DNA of 64,000 bases, from NCBI GenBank assembly GCA_958296235.1, contig OY282457.1, forward strand, positions 217,377-281,376, written 5' to 3'. The notes beneath the pieces were generated by a model. It saw only the letters and a program-made list of their open reading frames with translations, ran no database searches and was not told the DNA's origin. This stretch comes from an uncultured Candidatus Binatia bacterium. GTDB taxonomy: Bacteria > Desulfobacterota > Binatia > Bin18. Positions within the stretch are counted from its first letter, which is position 1. Each line of letters begins with the position of its first letter. The position numbers were made by a program, and so were the translations under genes. This document shows positions 1 to 9,654 of the stretch, in pieces.

Positions 1-954
1 CGGCTGGAGGTTCCGACGGTATTCCTCCGGTTTGGCCACCTCTTCGATCAGCCATTCAATATCGCGTTCGTAAAAATACGACATCAGCGTAAACAGCGTA
101 TTATAGGCATCGACATAGCGGTTACACACATACGCGACCGTCTCTGCTCCGCGGCGTTCGACTGGCGCGTAGTGCATGATCAAGTCGGCATCGCTCAGCG
201 CGTGCGGGGTATCATCATCGACAAAGCGTTGATTTTCCTGCTCCATGTCGGTCACCAGGGTATTCGCCTCGTGGCAGAGATCAAGCTCGACTGTGACCGG
301 TAAGGCAATGTCCAGAGTTGGTGGTTTCCGCTGGGCAAAGCGCTCAAGGGCGCGTCGCGCGCCCTCGCGAATACGGGCGTGGCTCTCGCTCAGGGGAAGA
401 TGCTGGCCCTTGAAATAGCCGAGCGATTTTTTGACCTCGACATATTCGATGTCGCCGAGCAGCGGACGGGCCTGCTCTATGGTTTTGTCGTCACCGGACA
501 GCATCAGAATAGGCACGCCGAAGCTGCTGACCAAAAAGCCGTTCAGACCATACTCCCCAACCGACAGGCCGTTTATCCGCACATCCTGAAAGGCCGGAAT
601 CCAGGTGTGGCTGAGGATGCCATCCGGCGTCCCGGCTTTTGAGTGATAGCCAATAAACAGCGCCCCATCAAAGCCGGGGTTGAAGCCTTTGAACTGGCAT
701 AAATTGCGCTTCATCCCGGACTTCAGGCTGGCTTTGCGATGCACATCCTTGGGGCGGATATTGCACATATAGCCATGCGAGTCCGAGACCACGATGTCAG
801 ACGCTCCCCCTTCAATCGCACCCTGAACGGCCGCATTCACATCCCCGGCCATGATCTGTCGAAAAGTGTGATAGCCCGGCAAGCCCTGAAAAACCTCCTC
901 CACGGTTTCCACTCCAGAGATACCTTCCATATCCACCGATATGAAAATTCGCAT
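1..954 (-). CDS. M55 family metallopeptidase (D-aminopeptidase DppA-like), 3' end runs off the window
   Basis: Not in the ORF track. Manual translation from ATG 954 gives MRIFISVDMEGISG...VSDSHG...FIGYHSKAGTPDGILSHT...LSGDD, the DxEG/DSH/GYH/SHT motifs of M55 peptidases. Confidence 0.88.
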   Translation of the reverse strand, partial: MRIFISVDMEGISGVETVEEVFQGLPGYHTFRQIMAGDVNAAVQGAIEGGASDIVVSDSHGYMCNIRPKDVHRKASLKSGMKRNLCQFKGFNPGFDGALFIGYHSKAGTPDGILSHTWIPAFQDVRINGLSVGEYGLNGFLVSSFGVPILMLSGDDKTIEQARPLLGDIEYVEVKKSLGYFKGQHLPLSESHARIREGARRALERFAQRKPPTLDIALPVTVELDLCHEANTLVTDMEQENQRFVDDDTPHALSDADLIMHYAPVERRGAETVAYVCNRYVDAYNTLFTLMSYFYERDIEWLIEEVAKPEEYRRNLQP

Positions 955-1025
955 ATGCTCTCCTCTTGTTGCCCTCTCCCCCTGAAGGAGGGCGCGGGTG
1001 AGGGCTGCCCTCATCTCCCGAGCCG

Positions 1026-1934
1026 TTAATCCTGCCAGGCCGCGGCCGCCTCGCGCATGGTTGTGAACCAGACGCCAGGCTTGGCGTAGACGTGTTGGAT
1101 GACGCTTTCCAGCCAGGCCGGCTTAAAATCCCGTCCGCAGCACTGCGGATGGAGGATCGTATTCCATATCCCACCCGGCACCTGTTCATAACAATAGTCA
1201 AAACTCGACGTAAAAATTTCCTTCGACTGAGACGGGGTGTGGAAAGGGGCCGGATTGAACCAGGGGTTTTTGGGGTCAAGATAATACCCCATGAATTCAA
1301 ACTGGGCGAAGTCGTTGGTATCCCAGTGCAGGGGAATCTCAAGCAATTCCGAAGGCTGGCCCCAGGTAACCTCAAAGGGTTCCTCGGTCTGGACCGTATC
1401 GCCAATCCGCAGCCGATAGGGCAGAAAATCATGCCCCTGCAAACTGCTGTCATAGACAAAACCCAGGTCGATCAGATGCTGGGGGACATGCTCACCCAAC
1501 CAGTCTCCAATGGGCGAGCGAAAACCGATAGGCCGTTCGCCTACGGTTTTTTCCAACAGCTCAATCTGTTGTTCGAGATAGATGCGTTGCTTTTCCGGCG
1601 AGGCCGGCTCAACCCCGCTCATGGCCAGACCAACCTCGGAGGGTTGGTGATACATGCTATGGGCCGCAATTTCGTGGCCCCGACGATGCGCCTCCTGCAC
1701 CACATCCTGAAAAAGTCTGGCGCTGTGACCGGGGGTAAAGAAGGTGGCTTTGATGGAATATTTATCGAGGATGTCCAGGATACGCGGCATAGCCACCCGA
1801 GGACCGAATTCTCCGCGCGACAGGGGATTGGCGGTCGGAGAGCGGAAAAACCCCAGCCATAAGGCCATGGCGTCGATATCGAAACAAAAACAGCAGGCCA
1901 TTTTTTTGCCGTCCGGCATGTGTACCTTGCCCAT
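1026..1934 (-). CDS. Polysaccharide deacetylase family protein (PuuE/PgdA-like CE4)
   Basis: FDID, SRGEFGPRVAMPRIL, ATFF, HEIAAHSMYH, GFRSP, YDSS and LHPQ motifs; RBS AAGGAGG upstream. Confidence 0.9.
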   Translation of the reverse strand: MGKVHMPDGKKMACCFCFDIDAMALWLGFFRSPTANPLSRGEFGPRVAMPRILDILDKYSIKATFFTPGHSARLFQDVVQEAHRRGHEIAAHSMYHQPSEVGLAMSGVEPASPEKQRIYLEQQIELLEKTVGERPIGFRSPIGDWLGEHVPQHLIDLGFVYDSSLQGHDFLPYRLRIGDTVQTEEPFEVTWGQPSELLEIPLHWDTNDFAQFEFMGYYLDPKNPWFNPAPFHTPSQSKEIFTSSFDYCYEQVPGGIWNTILHPQCCGRDFKPAWLESVIQHVYAKPGVWFTTMREAAAAWQD

Positions 1935-2109
1935 AGACCCTCCTTAGTCCGAGCGTTGAGACTGTTTTGTCGTGTGGTATGCGCTGGCGCGTGATACGTC
2001 TCCTGGTCTGCCCCTCCTTTATTGCGCGTTTCGACTCGTTTTCTTCTACTCAACCTGAGAAGAGGAAGGCAAGAGCGAGCGCCATAATTTTTTCGTGAAG
2101 TCGTGTCGG

Positions 2110-3171
2110 CTACCGAAAATGAGGCATGACTTTTTCCGCAAACAGGCGCATGGAGCGTTCAACCCGGTCCTGCGGCAGCCCCCCGAAATTCATCCAGCAC
2201 AGCAGCTCTCCCACCCCGGCCGCCTCCATTTCACGCACCCGGTCCACAATCCGCTCCGGCGAGCCGAACAGCACGGTCTCTGCCACCAACTGTTCCCAGG
2301 TAATACTGGCCAGACGATCGGCCAGGGCGTGAAACTGAGGCTGGAGGGCAGGGGGAGCGGCCTCAATATGATCAGGGACGAGAAAGCGGGCGAGGGCTTG
2401 TTGATACCAGACTTCTGCGGCCTGTGCCTCGCGCAGGGCCTGCGCGTCCGTCGGCGCAACATAGATGTGGCGCGAGACGCCCCACGAATGCAGAGCCGCT
2501 TGTATTGCGGCTTCAGACTGTCCGGCTTCACCCAGGGCGGCAGTATAGATATCCCGATTGTGTTCGATTTGGCTGAACGGACCGAATAGAATGGAATTCA
2601 ACATGGACCAGCCGCTCCTGGCCGCCAGTTGGATGGTCTCGGGACTGACGCAGACGAGCGACAGCGGAGGATGGGGTTTCTGGTGGGGCTTGGGAATGAC
2701 CGGGATGTTTTCAATGCTGAAGAACTTGCCGTGATAGGAGACACGCTCCTGGGTCCAGGCCTGAATCATAACGGCCAGGGTTTCGCTAAAGCGTTCCCGG
2801 TTTTCTATCTGCGGAACCCGGTAGCCGACAAACTCGATGGGCCGATTACCCCGCCCGATTCCAACGCGCAGCCGGCCCTGACTCAGAATATCGACAAAGG
2901 CAATTTCTTCGGCCAGACGAATGGGGTCATGAAAGGGCAGGATGACCGCGGCCAGCCCGATGGTGATGCGTTCAGTCCGAGCGGCAATGGCAGAGGCCAG
3001 CGCCATCGGGCTGGTTGAAATGCCATACTCGATAAAGTGATGCTCGGTCAGCCAGACGCTATCGTAGCCGAGTTCTTCGCTGAGCAGAATCTGGGCAAAC
3101 TCCCGATGAATGACCTCTTCGTGGGAGGTATCTGGGGGAGCCTGAAGAAAATAATAGGTGCCGAAACGCAT
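2110..3171 (-). CDS. LLM class flavin-dependent oxidoreductase
   Basis: GYDSVWLTEHHF, DPIRLAEE, GIGRG, PKPHQKPHPP and SMRLFAEKVMP motifs. Confidence 0.92.
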   Translation of the reverse strand: MRFGTYYFLQAPPDTSHEEVIHREFAQILLSEELGYDSVWLTEHHFIEYGISTSPMALASAIAARTERITIGLAAVILPFHDPIRLAEEIAFVDILSQGRLRVGIGRGNRPIEFVGYRVPQIENRERFSETLAVMIQAWTQERVSYHGKFFSIENIPVIPKPHQKPHPPLSLVCVSPETIQLAARSGWSMLNSILFGPFSQIEHNRDIYTAALGEAGQSEAAIQAALHSWGVSRHIYVAPTDAQALREAQAAEVWYQQALARFLVPDHIEAAPPALQPQFHALADRLASITWEQLVAETVLFGSPERIVDRVREMEAAGVGELLCWMNFGGLPQDRVERSMRLFAEKVMPHFR

Positions 3172-3257
3172 TGAGTTGTCCTTTGGCGATATGAGAAAAA
3201 ATGAAAATTGCTGTTTAACACGACAACGGTTAAAAGGAAGAGACTTGTCGATTAGGG

Positions 3258-3403
3258 AGTGGTTCAGTTTGCTTATTCCCCCTCACCCCAGCCCCGCTCC
3301 CAGCGGGAGCGGGGGCGCATATCCCCTCCCCCCTCTGAGGGGGAGGGCGAGGGGGGGGGCACTCTGCCGGCGGAGGTTAAGAGCGATGTGAAACTGAACC
3401 ACT
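3258..3403. mobile_element. MITE-like element, family A (13-bp terminal inverted repeats enclosing REP hairpins)
   Basis: AGTGGTTCAGTTT (3258-3270) and AAACTGAACCACT (3391-3403) form a perfect inverted repeat; a related copy lies at 13394-13563. Confidence 0.7.
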
Positions 3404-3450
3404 ACCGCCGATTAGCTGGTGTAGTCTTTCTGTCAGAGAGGAGCATTGTC

Positions 3451-3681
3451 ATGTCGCATACAACGCTTGAAACAGCAATCCGGGAACAACTGGTGCAACT
3501 ATCGTTTGAGCAACAACGGCAGGTGCTGGAGTTCGCACGCGCCCTGGTCATAGCCCGAGCGCACGGCGTGCCCGGGCGGACATTATTGCGTTTTGCAGGC
3601 TTAATCGAGGCTGATGATCTGGTCACAATGCAACAAGCGATCAAAGAAGATTGCGAACAGATACAACCCAATGAGTGGTAG
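3451..3681 (+). CDS. Putative VapB-type antitoxin (DUF2281-like)
   Basis: 76 aa with QQRQVLEFARAL...LLRFAGLI...AIKEDCEQI; RBS GAGGAG; overlaps a PIN-toxin remnant. Confidence 0.7.
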   Translation: MSHTTLETAIREQLVQLSFEQQRQVLEFARALVIARAHGVPGRTLLRFAGLIEADDLVTMQQAIKEDCEQIQPNEW

Positions 3682-3847
3682 AATACTGGTCGATACGAAT
3701 ATTGTCATTGCCCTTAGGACAAAAGGTCGCCCTATCCCGGAAAACGATATTTGGATTGCTGCCACAGCCAAACAATATCATCTCACTCTTGTGACGCGAG
3801 ACGAACATTTTCAGGCTGTTGAGGGCGTCGCAGTGGGGTATTGGTAA
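3671..3847 (+). pseudogene. vapC: VapC/PIN toxin with in-frame central deletion
   Basis: PIN N-terminus (ILVDTNIVIAL) joined directly to the PIN C-terminus (GRPIPENDIWIAATA...LVTRDEHF); 58 aa versus the usual ~130 aa. Confidence 0.8.
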
Positions 3848-3858
3848 AGGAGGGCGGC

Positions 3859-5271
3859 TTGGCCTCGCATATTACGCCACTCAAAACCGCGGACCTGCCA
3901 CCGCGCACTCGCTCGTTCTGGCAATTAGCCGGGCCGGGAGCTGTCCTGGTCGGTCTGTCCATAGGCGCTGGCGAACTGGTGATGTGGCCGTGGATTACAG
4001 CCAAGTTTGGAGCCAGCATGGCCTGGGCCGCGGCGCTGGGCGTCTTTCTGCAACTCTGGGTCAACTTTGAGATTGGCCGCTGGGCCATTGTCACCGGCGA
4101 AGCGCCGTATACCGGCTTTGCCCGGGCCTGGATGGGCTTTATTTACATCCTGTTATTTCTGACCTTTGCCGGTCTGTTTCTGCCCGGCTGGGCGCGTGTT
4201 TCCGGCGCGGCCCTGAAGGGCCTTATCTTCGGACCGGACGGTCCTGGCGCGGACTGGATGTGGACCGGCCTGACCTTTGTGTTGATCGCCGCCACGCTCT
4301 TTGGCCCCAAAGTCATGTATCAGGCCATGGAACGGATCGTCATCGGCCTGGTGGTGTTCATTACGCTGGGGCTGATTTTCGTGGCCTTTCAGGTCGGAAC
4401 CTGGGAACATGTCGCTGAGATGGCGCGCGGGCTGGTGAACTTTGGCCATATCGAATTGACGGACGATTTCCCCTTCAGCCGCTTTTTTGGAGCCGTGGTG
4501 TTCGCCGGCGCTGGCGGGGCCGGCAATCTGTGGTACGCCTTCTATTTACGCGACAAGAATATCGGCATGGGGGCGCGGATGCCGAGCCTGCAAAACCCGT
4601 TGCGGGGCGGGTCGAACGAGGAAGAGGCAACCGGCTATCTCTACCCGGAAACGGAAGCCAACCAACGCGCCTTCAAAAGCTGGTTGCGCTGGATACGCCT
4701 GGACCAGAGCCTCTTCTTTTGGGGGCTGAACAGCTTCACCATGTTCCTGTTCATGTTTGGGGTGCTGTGCGTCTTACGCCCCAGCGGCGTTGTTCCGGCT
4801 GAGGGGCGGATTATCTGGGATATGTCGCTCATTCTGGAGAACTCAATGGGCGCGACCGGGCATTATCTCTTTCTGGCGATTGGCATGGCGACGCTCTTCA
4901 GCACCCAATTGGTCAGCGTCGATGGCAACGCCCGTGTCTGGTCCTATATCGTCCGCACCACGTTCCCGTTTGGGGCCAAGATCGACCAGGCCAAACTCTA
5001 CGTTCCTTTTGCCGTGGTCTTTATGGTCGCCGGTACGGCCAGCACCTGGTTTTTTGAGCGCTTTGCCGTTACCGGGCTGGGCTTTCTGTTTAACGCTGCC
5101 CTGCTCAGCGGCCTGACTATGGCCCTGTACGTGCCCTTGATGCTGTATATGAATCTGCGCAATCTGCCGCCCTCGGCCCGACCGGGGCCGGTGTCGATTG
5201 TCATGATGCTCATCGCGTCCGTGGTATACGGCAGCTTTGCGTTGTACTCGCTGTGGCTCACGATTTTCTAA
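3859..5271 (+). CDS. Nramp-family (YcsG-like) divalent metal transporter
   Basis: GPGAVLVGLSIGAGEL motif, about 11 hydrophobic segments; TTG start after RBS AGGAGG. Confidence 0.8.
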   Translation: MASHITPLKTADLPPRTRSFWQLAGPGAVLVGLSIGAGELVMWPWITAKFGASMAWAAALGVFLQLWVNFEIGRWAIVTGEAPYTGFARAWMGFIYILLFLTFAGLFLPGWARVSGAALKGLIFGPDGPGADWMWTGLTFVLIAATLFGPKVMYQAMERIVIGLVVFITLGLIFVAFQVGTWEHVAEMARGLVNFGHIELTDDFPFSRFFGAVVFAGAGGAGNLWYAFYLRDKNIGMGARMPSLQNPLRGGSNEEEATGYLYPETEANQRAFKSWLRWIRLDQSLFFWGLNSFTMFLFMFGVLCVLRPSGVVPAEGRIIWDMSLILENSMGATGHYLFLAIGMATLFSTQLVSVDGNARVWSYIVRTTFPFGAKIDQAKLYVPFAVVFMVAGTASTWFFERFAVTGLGFLFNAALLSGLTMALYVPLMLYMNLRNLPPSARPGPVSIVMMLIASVVYGSFALYSLWLTIF

Positions 5272-5305
5272 GCCTCCTCATGTTACCCCATACTGGGGCC
5301 GGGGC

Positions 5306-5510
5306 GTGTCTCACTTGCACCCCGTTCTTCTGTCTGCGGAGCGCCTCCTCCCTGGCGCTCCCCTCAAGGAACGTGTGACGCGCATTGTGTCGCCGGCCCC
5401 CAGGCGGGTCCGTCGGCCCCCTCACCCGGCCCTTCGACAGGCTCAGGGCCACCCTCTCCCAACGGGAGAGGGGTTGGGGTGAGGGGGAACTTCAAACGGA
5501 GACACTACCT
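5306..5510. repeat. Degenerate MITE/REP mosaic
   Basis: Imperfect family-A ends (GTGTCTCACTTG ... CAAACGGAGACAC) around a CCCCTCACCCGGCCCTTCGACAGGCTCAGGGCCACCCTCTCCC core shared with 61348-61391. Confidence 0.65.
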
Positions 5511-5701
5511 GGGGCCGCGGCTGGTTCGAGTTGGCTGCCGTGAACAAGCCGGTTGCGGGGCGGGGCGCTTCTGGGTAGAAGTTTCTCACTACGTTGAACG
5601 GAGGCCGCTATGGCTCTGCTGATAAAAATGGCTGGATGCCTATTGCTCTCTTTTGGTGGGATTATCTGCTGAGTCTGTACGAACTGTGAGGAGGAGAGAG
5701 T

Positions 5702-6403
5702 ATGGCTGGACCTGTCTGCTTGATTACTGGTGTTGGCCCTGGAACTGGCGCGTCGCTCAGCCGCCGCTTTGCCCAGGGCGGTTATCGCGTGGCCATGCTG
5801 GCCCGGACCCAGGAGCGTTTGTCGCAACTGGAAAAAGAAATTGCGGACTCCCGTGGCTATGTGTGTGATGTGTCTGACGAAGCCGCTGTCAACGCCACCG
5901 TCGCCCAAGTGAAAGAAGAAATGGGCGCGCCCGAAATCCTGATCCACAATGCGGTGGGTGGCGCGTTCGGCACTTTTCTCGAAATCGAGCCGCAAACGCT
6001 GTCCGATAATTTTCAGGTCAACACAATGGGGCTGCTGTATCTGGCCAGAGCCGTGGCGCCGGATATGATCGAAGCCGGCAAGGGTGTGATCCTGTCCTCC
6101 GGGAATACCTCTGCATTACGCGGGAAGCCCCGTTTTGCCGGCTTTGCCCCAACCAAAGCGGCCCAGCGCATCCTCTCAGAGTCCATGGCCCGCACTCTCG
6201 GGCCCCAGGGCATTCATGTCGCTTATATCGTCATTGATGCAGTGATTGACCTGGCCTGGACGCGCAAGATGCTGCCCGACAAGCCGGACGATTTTTTCAT
6301 TCAGCCGTCAGCCATCGCCGACACGGCCTACCACGTCGCCCATCAGGACCGCTCGGGCTGGTCGTTCAATGTGGAAGTCCGGCCGTTTGGCGAGGAATGG
6401 TAG
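5702..6403 (+). CDS. Short-chain dehydrogenase/reductase (SDR)
   Basis: TGVGPGTG Rossmann motif, HNA motif, FAPTK variant catalytic motif. Confidence 0.9.
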   Translation: MAGPVCLITGVGPGTGASLSRRFAQGGYRVAMLARTQERLSQLEKEIADSRGYVCDVSDEAAVNATVAQVKEEMGAPEILIHNAVGGAFGTFLEIEPQTLSDNFQVNTMGLLYLARAVAPDMIEAGKGVILSSGNTSALRGKPRFAGFAPTKAAQRILSESMARTLGPQGIHVAYIVIDAVIDLAWTRKMLPDKPDDFFIQPSAIADTAYHVAHQDRSGWSFNVEVRPFGEEW

Positions 6404-6561
6404 GCGCTGTTGAGGACTGCCTGTAGATTCTCCAGCCATCAGAGAAGAGTAGGCGCTGACGGTCCTTTCCCTCGCCCGTCATGGGCTATGGACGGGCAAA
6501 GAACCGTATCCCCGCCTGCGCCTGCTTCATGGAAAACTCTATAAGGAATACTCCGCCTGCA

Positions 6562-8304
6562 ATGGAATCACACACCGCCAAATCTACAAACGGCGTCCGC
6601 TATCAACCCGACGAACGGCCGCCGCGCGCGCTGGCCGTCGGTCTCGGCCTCCAGGCCGCCATCCTCGTTTTTACCCCAATCATCACCGTGCCGCTCGTCG
6701 TGCTGCAAGCGGCAGACCAGGACGAAGCCTATGTGGCCTGGGCCATCTTCATGGCCGTGCTCATCAGTGGGATCACCACAATCGTGCAGGCCGTGCGGGT
6801 CGGACGGTTCGGGGCCGGACACATCTTGATAATGGGCACCTCTGGCGCATTCATTGCCGTCTGCATCACCGCGCTCACAGAGGGCGGGCCGGCTCTGCTC
6901 GCGACTCTGATTATCATATCATCGGCGATCCAGTTTATGCTGGCGGCGCGCTTATCACTGCTCCGGCGTTTTGTCACCCCGGTTGTGTCCGGCACAGTCC
7001 TCGCCTTGATTGTCATTTCCATTGCTCCAGTCATTTTCAACATGCTGACGGATGTACCCGAGGGCACGCCGGCGTCCGCGGCTCCGGTATGCGCCGTGAT
7101 AACGCTGGGCTTGATCGCGGCCCTGACCTTGCGCGCGCCGGACGTATGGCGGTTGTGGGCCCCGATTATCGGGCTGGGCGGAGGCTGCATCGTGGCCGCG
7201 TTCTTCGGCCTGTACGACATGCAGCGCGTTGTCGATGCCGCCTGGATAGGTCTGCCGGATATGGCCTGGCCGGGCCTTGATCTCACATTTGATAGCCGCT
7301 TTTGGCTGCTCCTGCCGTCGTTCGTATTCGTAACCCTGATCGGGGCTATTGACACGATCGCGGACGCCACCGCCATTCAGCGCATCTCGTGGCGCGACCG
7401 ACGGGCGGTTGATCTGCGCGTTGTTCAAGGTGCGGTCAATGCCGATGGCCTCGGCAACCTGCTGTCCGGTCTGGCTGGCACCATCCCGAACGCCACCTAT
7501 TCGACCAGCCTGTCGCTGGCCGAACTGACAGGGGTCGGCGCGCGGAGCGTCGGCGTATACATCGGGCTCATCTTTCTCGGGCTGGCCTTCCTGCCCAAAG
7601 TAACGGCCCTCCTGATCGCCATTCCCGCGCCCGTAGTCGGTGCTTATGTATTCGTGCTGCTGGCGCTGATCTTCGTGCAGGCATTGAAGCTGATGGTGCA
7701 GGATGGGATTGACGCGCGCATGTCGCTCATCGTCGGGATCGGATTCTGGGTTGGGGTGGGCTTTCAGAATCAGGCGATCTTCGCCGACTCTCTTGGCGAG
7801 ACCTTGGGCAAGGTGCTCGAAAACGGCATGACGGCCGGCGGCTTGACCTTGCTCGTGCTGCTCCTGTTCATGGAGTTGACCGCGCCCCGGCGGAGCCGCC
7901 TGGCAGTAGAGTTGGACATTGTGGCCCTGCCCAAGCTGGACGCCTTTCTGCGCGCATTGGCGGCTCGCATGCGCTGGAACTCTGTAGCCACGGAACGGCT
8001 CTGTTCAGCCGGGGAAGAGGCCCTGCTGAGTCTTGTTCATCAGGAAGAAGATGAGGCCGACCGCGAAACGCGGCATCTGCTCGTGGTGGCGCGGAACGAC
8101 CACGGCGCCGCGGACCTGGAATTCATCGCCGCACTTGGAGAAGACAATCTGGAAGACCGCATGCTGATCCTGAGAGAGCAGGTTGACAGGCCGAGTGAGC
8201 GCGAACTCTCGCTCCGTTTGCTCCGACACTTTGCGTCGTCCGTCCGGCACCAGCAATATCACGACATCGACATTGTGACTGTACGTGTAGACGGCTCCGA
8301 GTAG
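6562..8304 (+). CDS. Xanthine/uracil permease (NCS2/SLC23) with C-terminal soluble domain
   Basis: LGLQ, PVVSG and ADGLGNLLSGLAGTIPNATYS motifs, about 13 TM segments, then a soluble tail of about 135 aa. Start uncertain (6481/6529/6562). Confidence 0.85.
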   Translation: MESHTAKSTNGVRYQPDERPPRALAVGLGLQAAILVFTPIITVPLVVLQAADQDEAYVAWAIFMAVLISGITTIVQAVRVGRFGAGHILIMGTSGAFIAVCITALTEGGPALLATLIIISSAIQFMLAARLSLLRRFVTPVVSGTVLALIVISIAPVIFNMLTDVPEGTPASAAPVCAVITLGLIAALTLRAPDVWRLWAPIIGLGGGCIVAAFFGLYDMQRVVDAAWIGLPDMAWPGLDLTFDSRFWLLLPSFVFVTLIGAIDTIADATAIQRISWRDRRAVDLRVVQGAVNADGLGNLLSGLAGTIPNATYSTSLSLAELTGVGARSVGVYIGLIFLGLAFLPKVTALLIAIPAPVVGAYVFVLLALIFVQALKLMVQDGIDARMSLIVGIGFWVGVGFQNQAIFADSLGETLGKVLENGMTAGGLTLLVLLLFMELTAPRRSRLAVELDIVALPKLDAFLRALAARMRWNSVATERLCSAGEEALLSLVHQEEDEADRETRHLLVVARNDHGAADLEFIAALGEDNLEDRMLILREQVDRPSERELSLRLLRHFASSVRHQQYHDIDIVTVRVDGSE

Positions 8305-8324
8305 CTCAGCCCTGCCGGCACCGC

Positions 8325-9176
8325 TCAAAGGGGCTGACACTGCGGGCAAAAATGCGTGCTGCGCTGTCCGACCAGGGTGCGCTCGATCGGGGTCCGACAA
8401 CGCCGGCAGGGCTTGCCCGTTCGACCATAAACGCGAAAGAAATTTTGATACTTGCCCTCTGGATAGACCCAATCAATGGCCGCGCCGTTGTGTTTGATGC
8501 CGTCGTTCAGCGCCGCTCGGATCGCTTTATGCAGTGCCGCAACCTGGCGGTCATTGAGGTCAGCGGCTCGGGAAAAGGGATGGAGTCTGGCGCGCCAGAG
8601 CGCTTCATCCGCATAGATATTGCCCACCCCGGCAATAAAAGACTGATTCAGCAGCAGGGCCTTGAGGCCGCCGGTTTTCTGGGCAATGAGTGGCCGAAAG
8701 CGCCGCAGCGTAAAGCTCGGTTCTAAGGGCTCCGGGCCAAGATGACCGGTCACGGTTTCGAGATCGTCTACGCAATAGACCCGCCCAAACTTGCGCGCGT
8801 CATGAAAATGCAGGCTATAGCCCATATCGAAACTACAGGTGAAATGGACATGCTTATGCCGCGGATAGCCGGTCTCGCGGACCTCAATCCGCCCGCTCAT
8901 TTTGAGGTGGATGACGAGATGCCGAACGGAGGCGTCTGCGCCGGACCGCAAGGTCAAAACAATGTATTTCCCGCGCCGTCCCAGGGCTTCGATCCGGTGG
9001 CCGGGCAGGGTGCGGGTGACGATGCGAATGGACGGGCGGATGGAATTGCGCCAATTCCCCCAGGCGTGGGTGATCTCCGCCCCTATGAGAGCGGGGTAGG
9101 TCGGCAGCCCGGCTTCCGCGGGTTCACCACGTGTGAGCTTACGGACAATGGTTTCCACTTCCGGGAGTTCGGGCAT
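8325..9176 (-). CDS. mutM: Formamidopyrimidine-DNA glycosylase (Fpg)
   Basis: MPELPEVET N-terminus, RRGKY, HLKMSG, GVGNIYADE, C-terminal CxxC...CPQCQ zinc finger. Confidence 0.96.
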   Translation of the reverse strand: MPELPEVETIVRKLTRGEPAEAGLPTYPALIGAEITHAWGNWRNSIRPSIRIVTRTLPGHRIEALGRRGKYIVLTLRSGADASVRHLVIHLKMSGRIEVRETGYPRHKHVHFTCSFDMGYSLHFHDARKFGRVYCVDDLETVTGHLGPEPLEPSFTLRRFRPLIAQKTGGLKALLLNQSFIAGVGNIYADEALWRARLHPFSRAADLNDRQVAALHKAIRAALNDGIKHNGAAIDWVYPEGKYQNFFRVYGRTGKPCRRCRTPIERTLVGQRSTHFCPQCQPL

Positions 9177-9243
9177 AGCCTATAGCCTCTCTGTTCAAAA
9201 ATTGATAGCTGGACGCCAGGGAAAAAGAGGAGGAGATTCGGAC

Positions 9244-9597
9244 ATGGCAGTGAAAAAGTTTTCAAGCGCGTATTACGTGGTCAACAATATGGACCAGGCG
9301 GTCAATTTTTACCAGGACATCCTGGGTCTGGACATCAAATTTCGCGACGGCGACCGCTGGACCCAGTTTGATGTGAATGGGGTCGGGGTGGCGTTGGCAG
9401 ACCCGAGTGAAGGCTCGGTCCCGCCGGGCGGCGGGGCAACTGTCGTGCTGGAAGTCGAAGACCTCGCGGAAATGCGAGACAAGCTGACCCAGAACGGCGT
9501 CACGGTCAACGAGACCGTGGACATGGGCGGCCACGGCAAATACTTCACCGCGGTGGACCCGGCCGGCAATATCGTCCAGATTTTCGCCCGTTCGTAG
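9244..9597 (+). CDS. VOC/glyoxalase family protein
   Basis: AVNFYQDILGL and DPAGNIVQI motifs; RBS GGAGGAG. Confidence 0.88.
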   Translation: MAVKKFSSAYYVVNNMDQAVNFYQDILGLDIKFRDGDRWTQFDVNGVGVALADPSEGSVPPGGGATVVLEVEDLAEMRDKLTQNGVTVNETVDMGGHGKYFTAVDPAGNIVQIFARS

Positions 9598-9654
9598 AGG
9601 TGGGGTGTGGGTGTGTGCTATTAGGGGAGTAAAATTTACCTGGAGAGATAGGAT

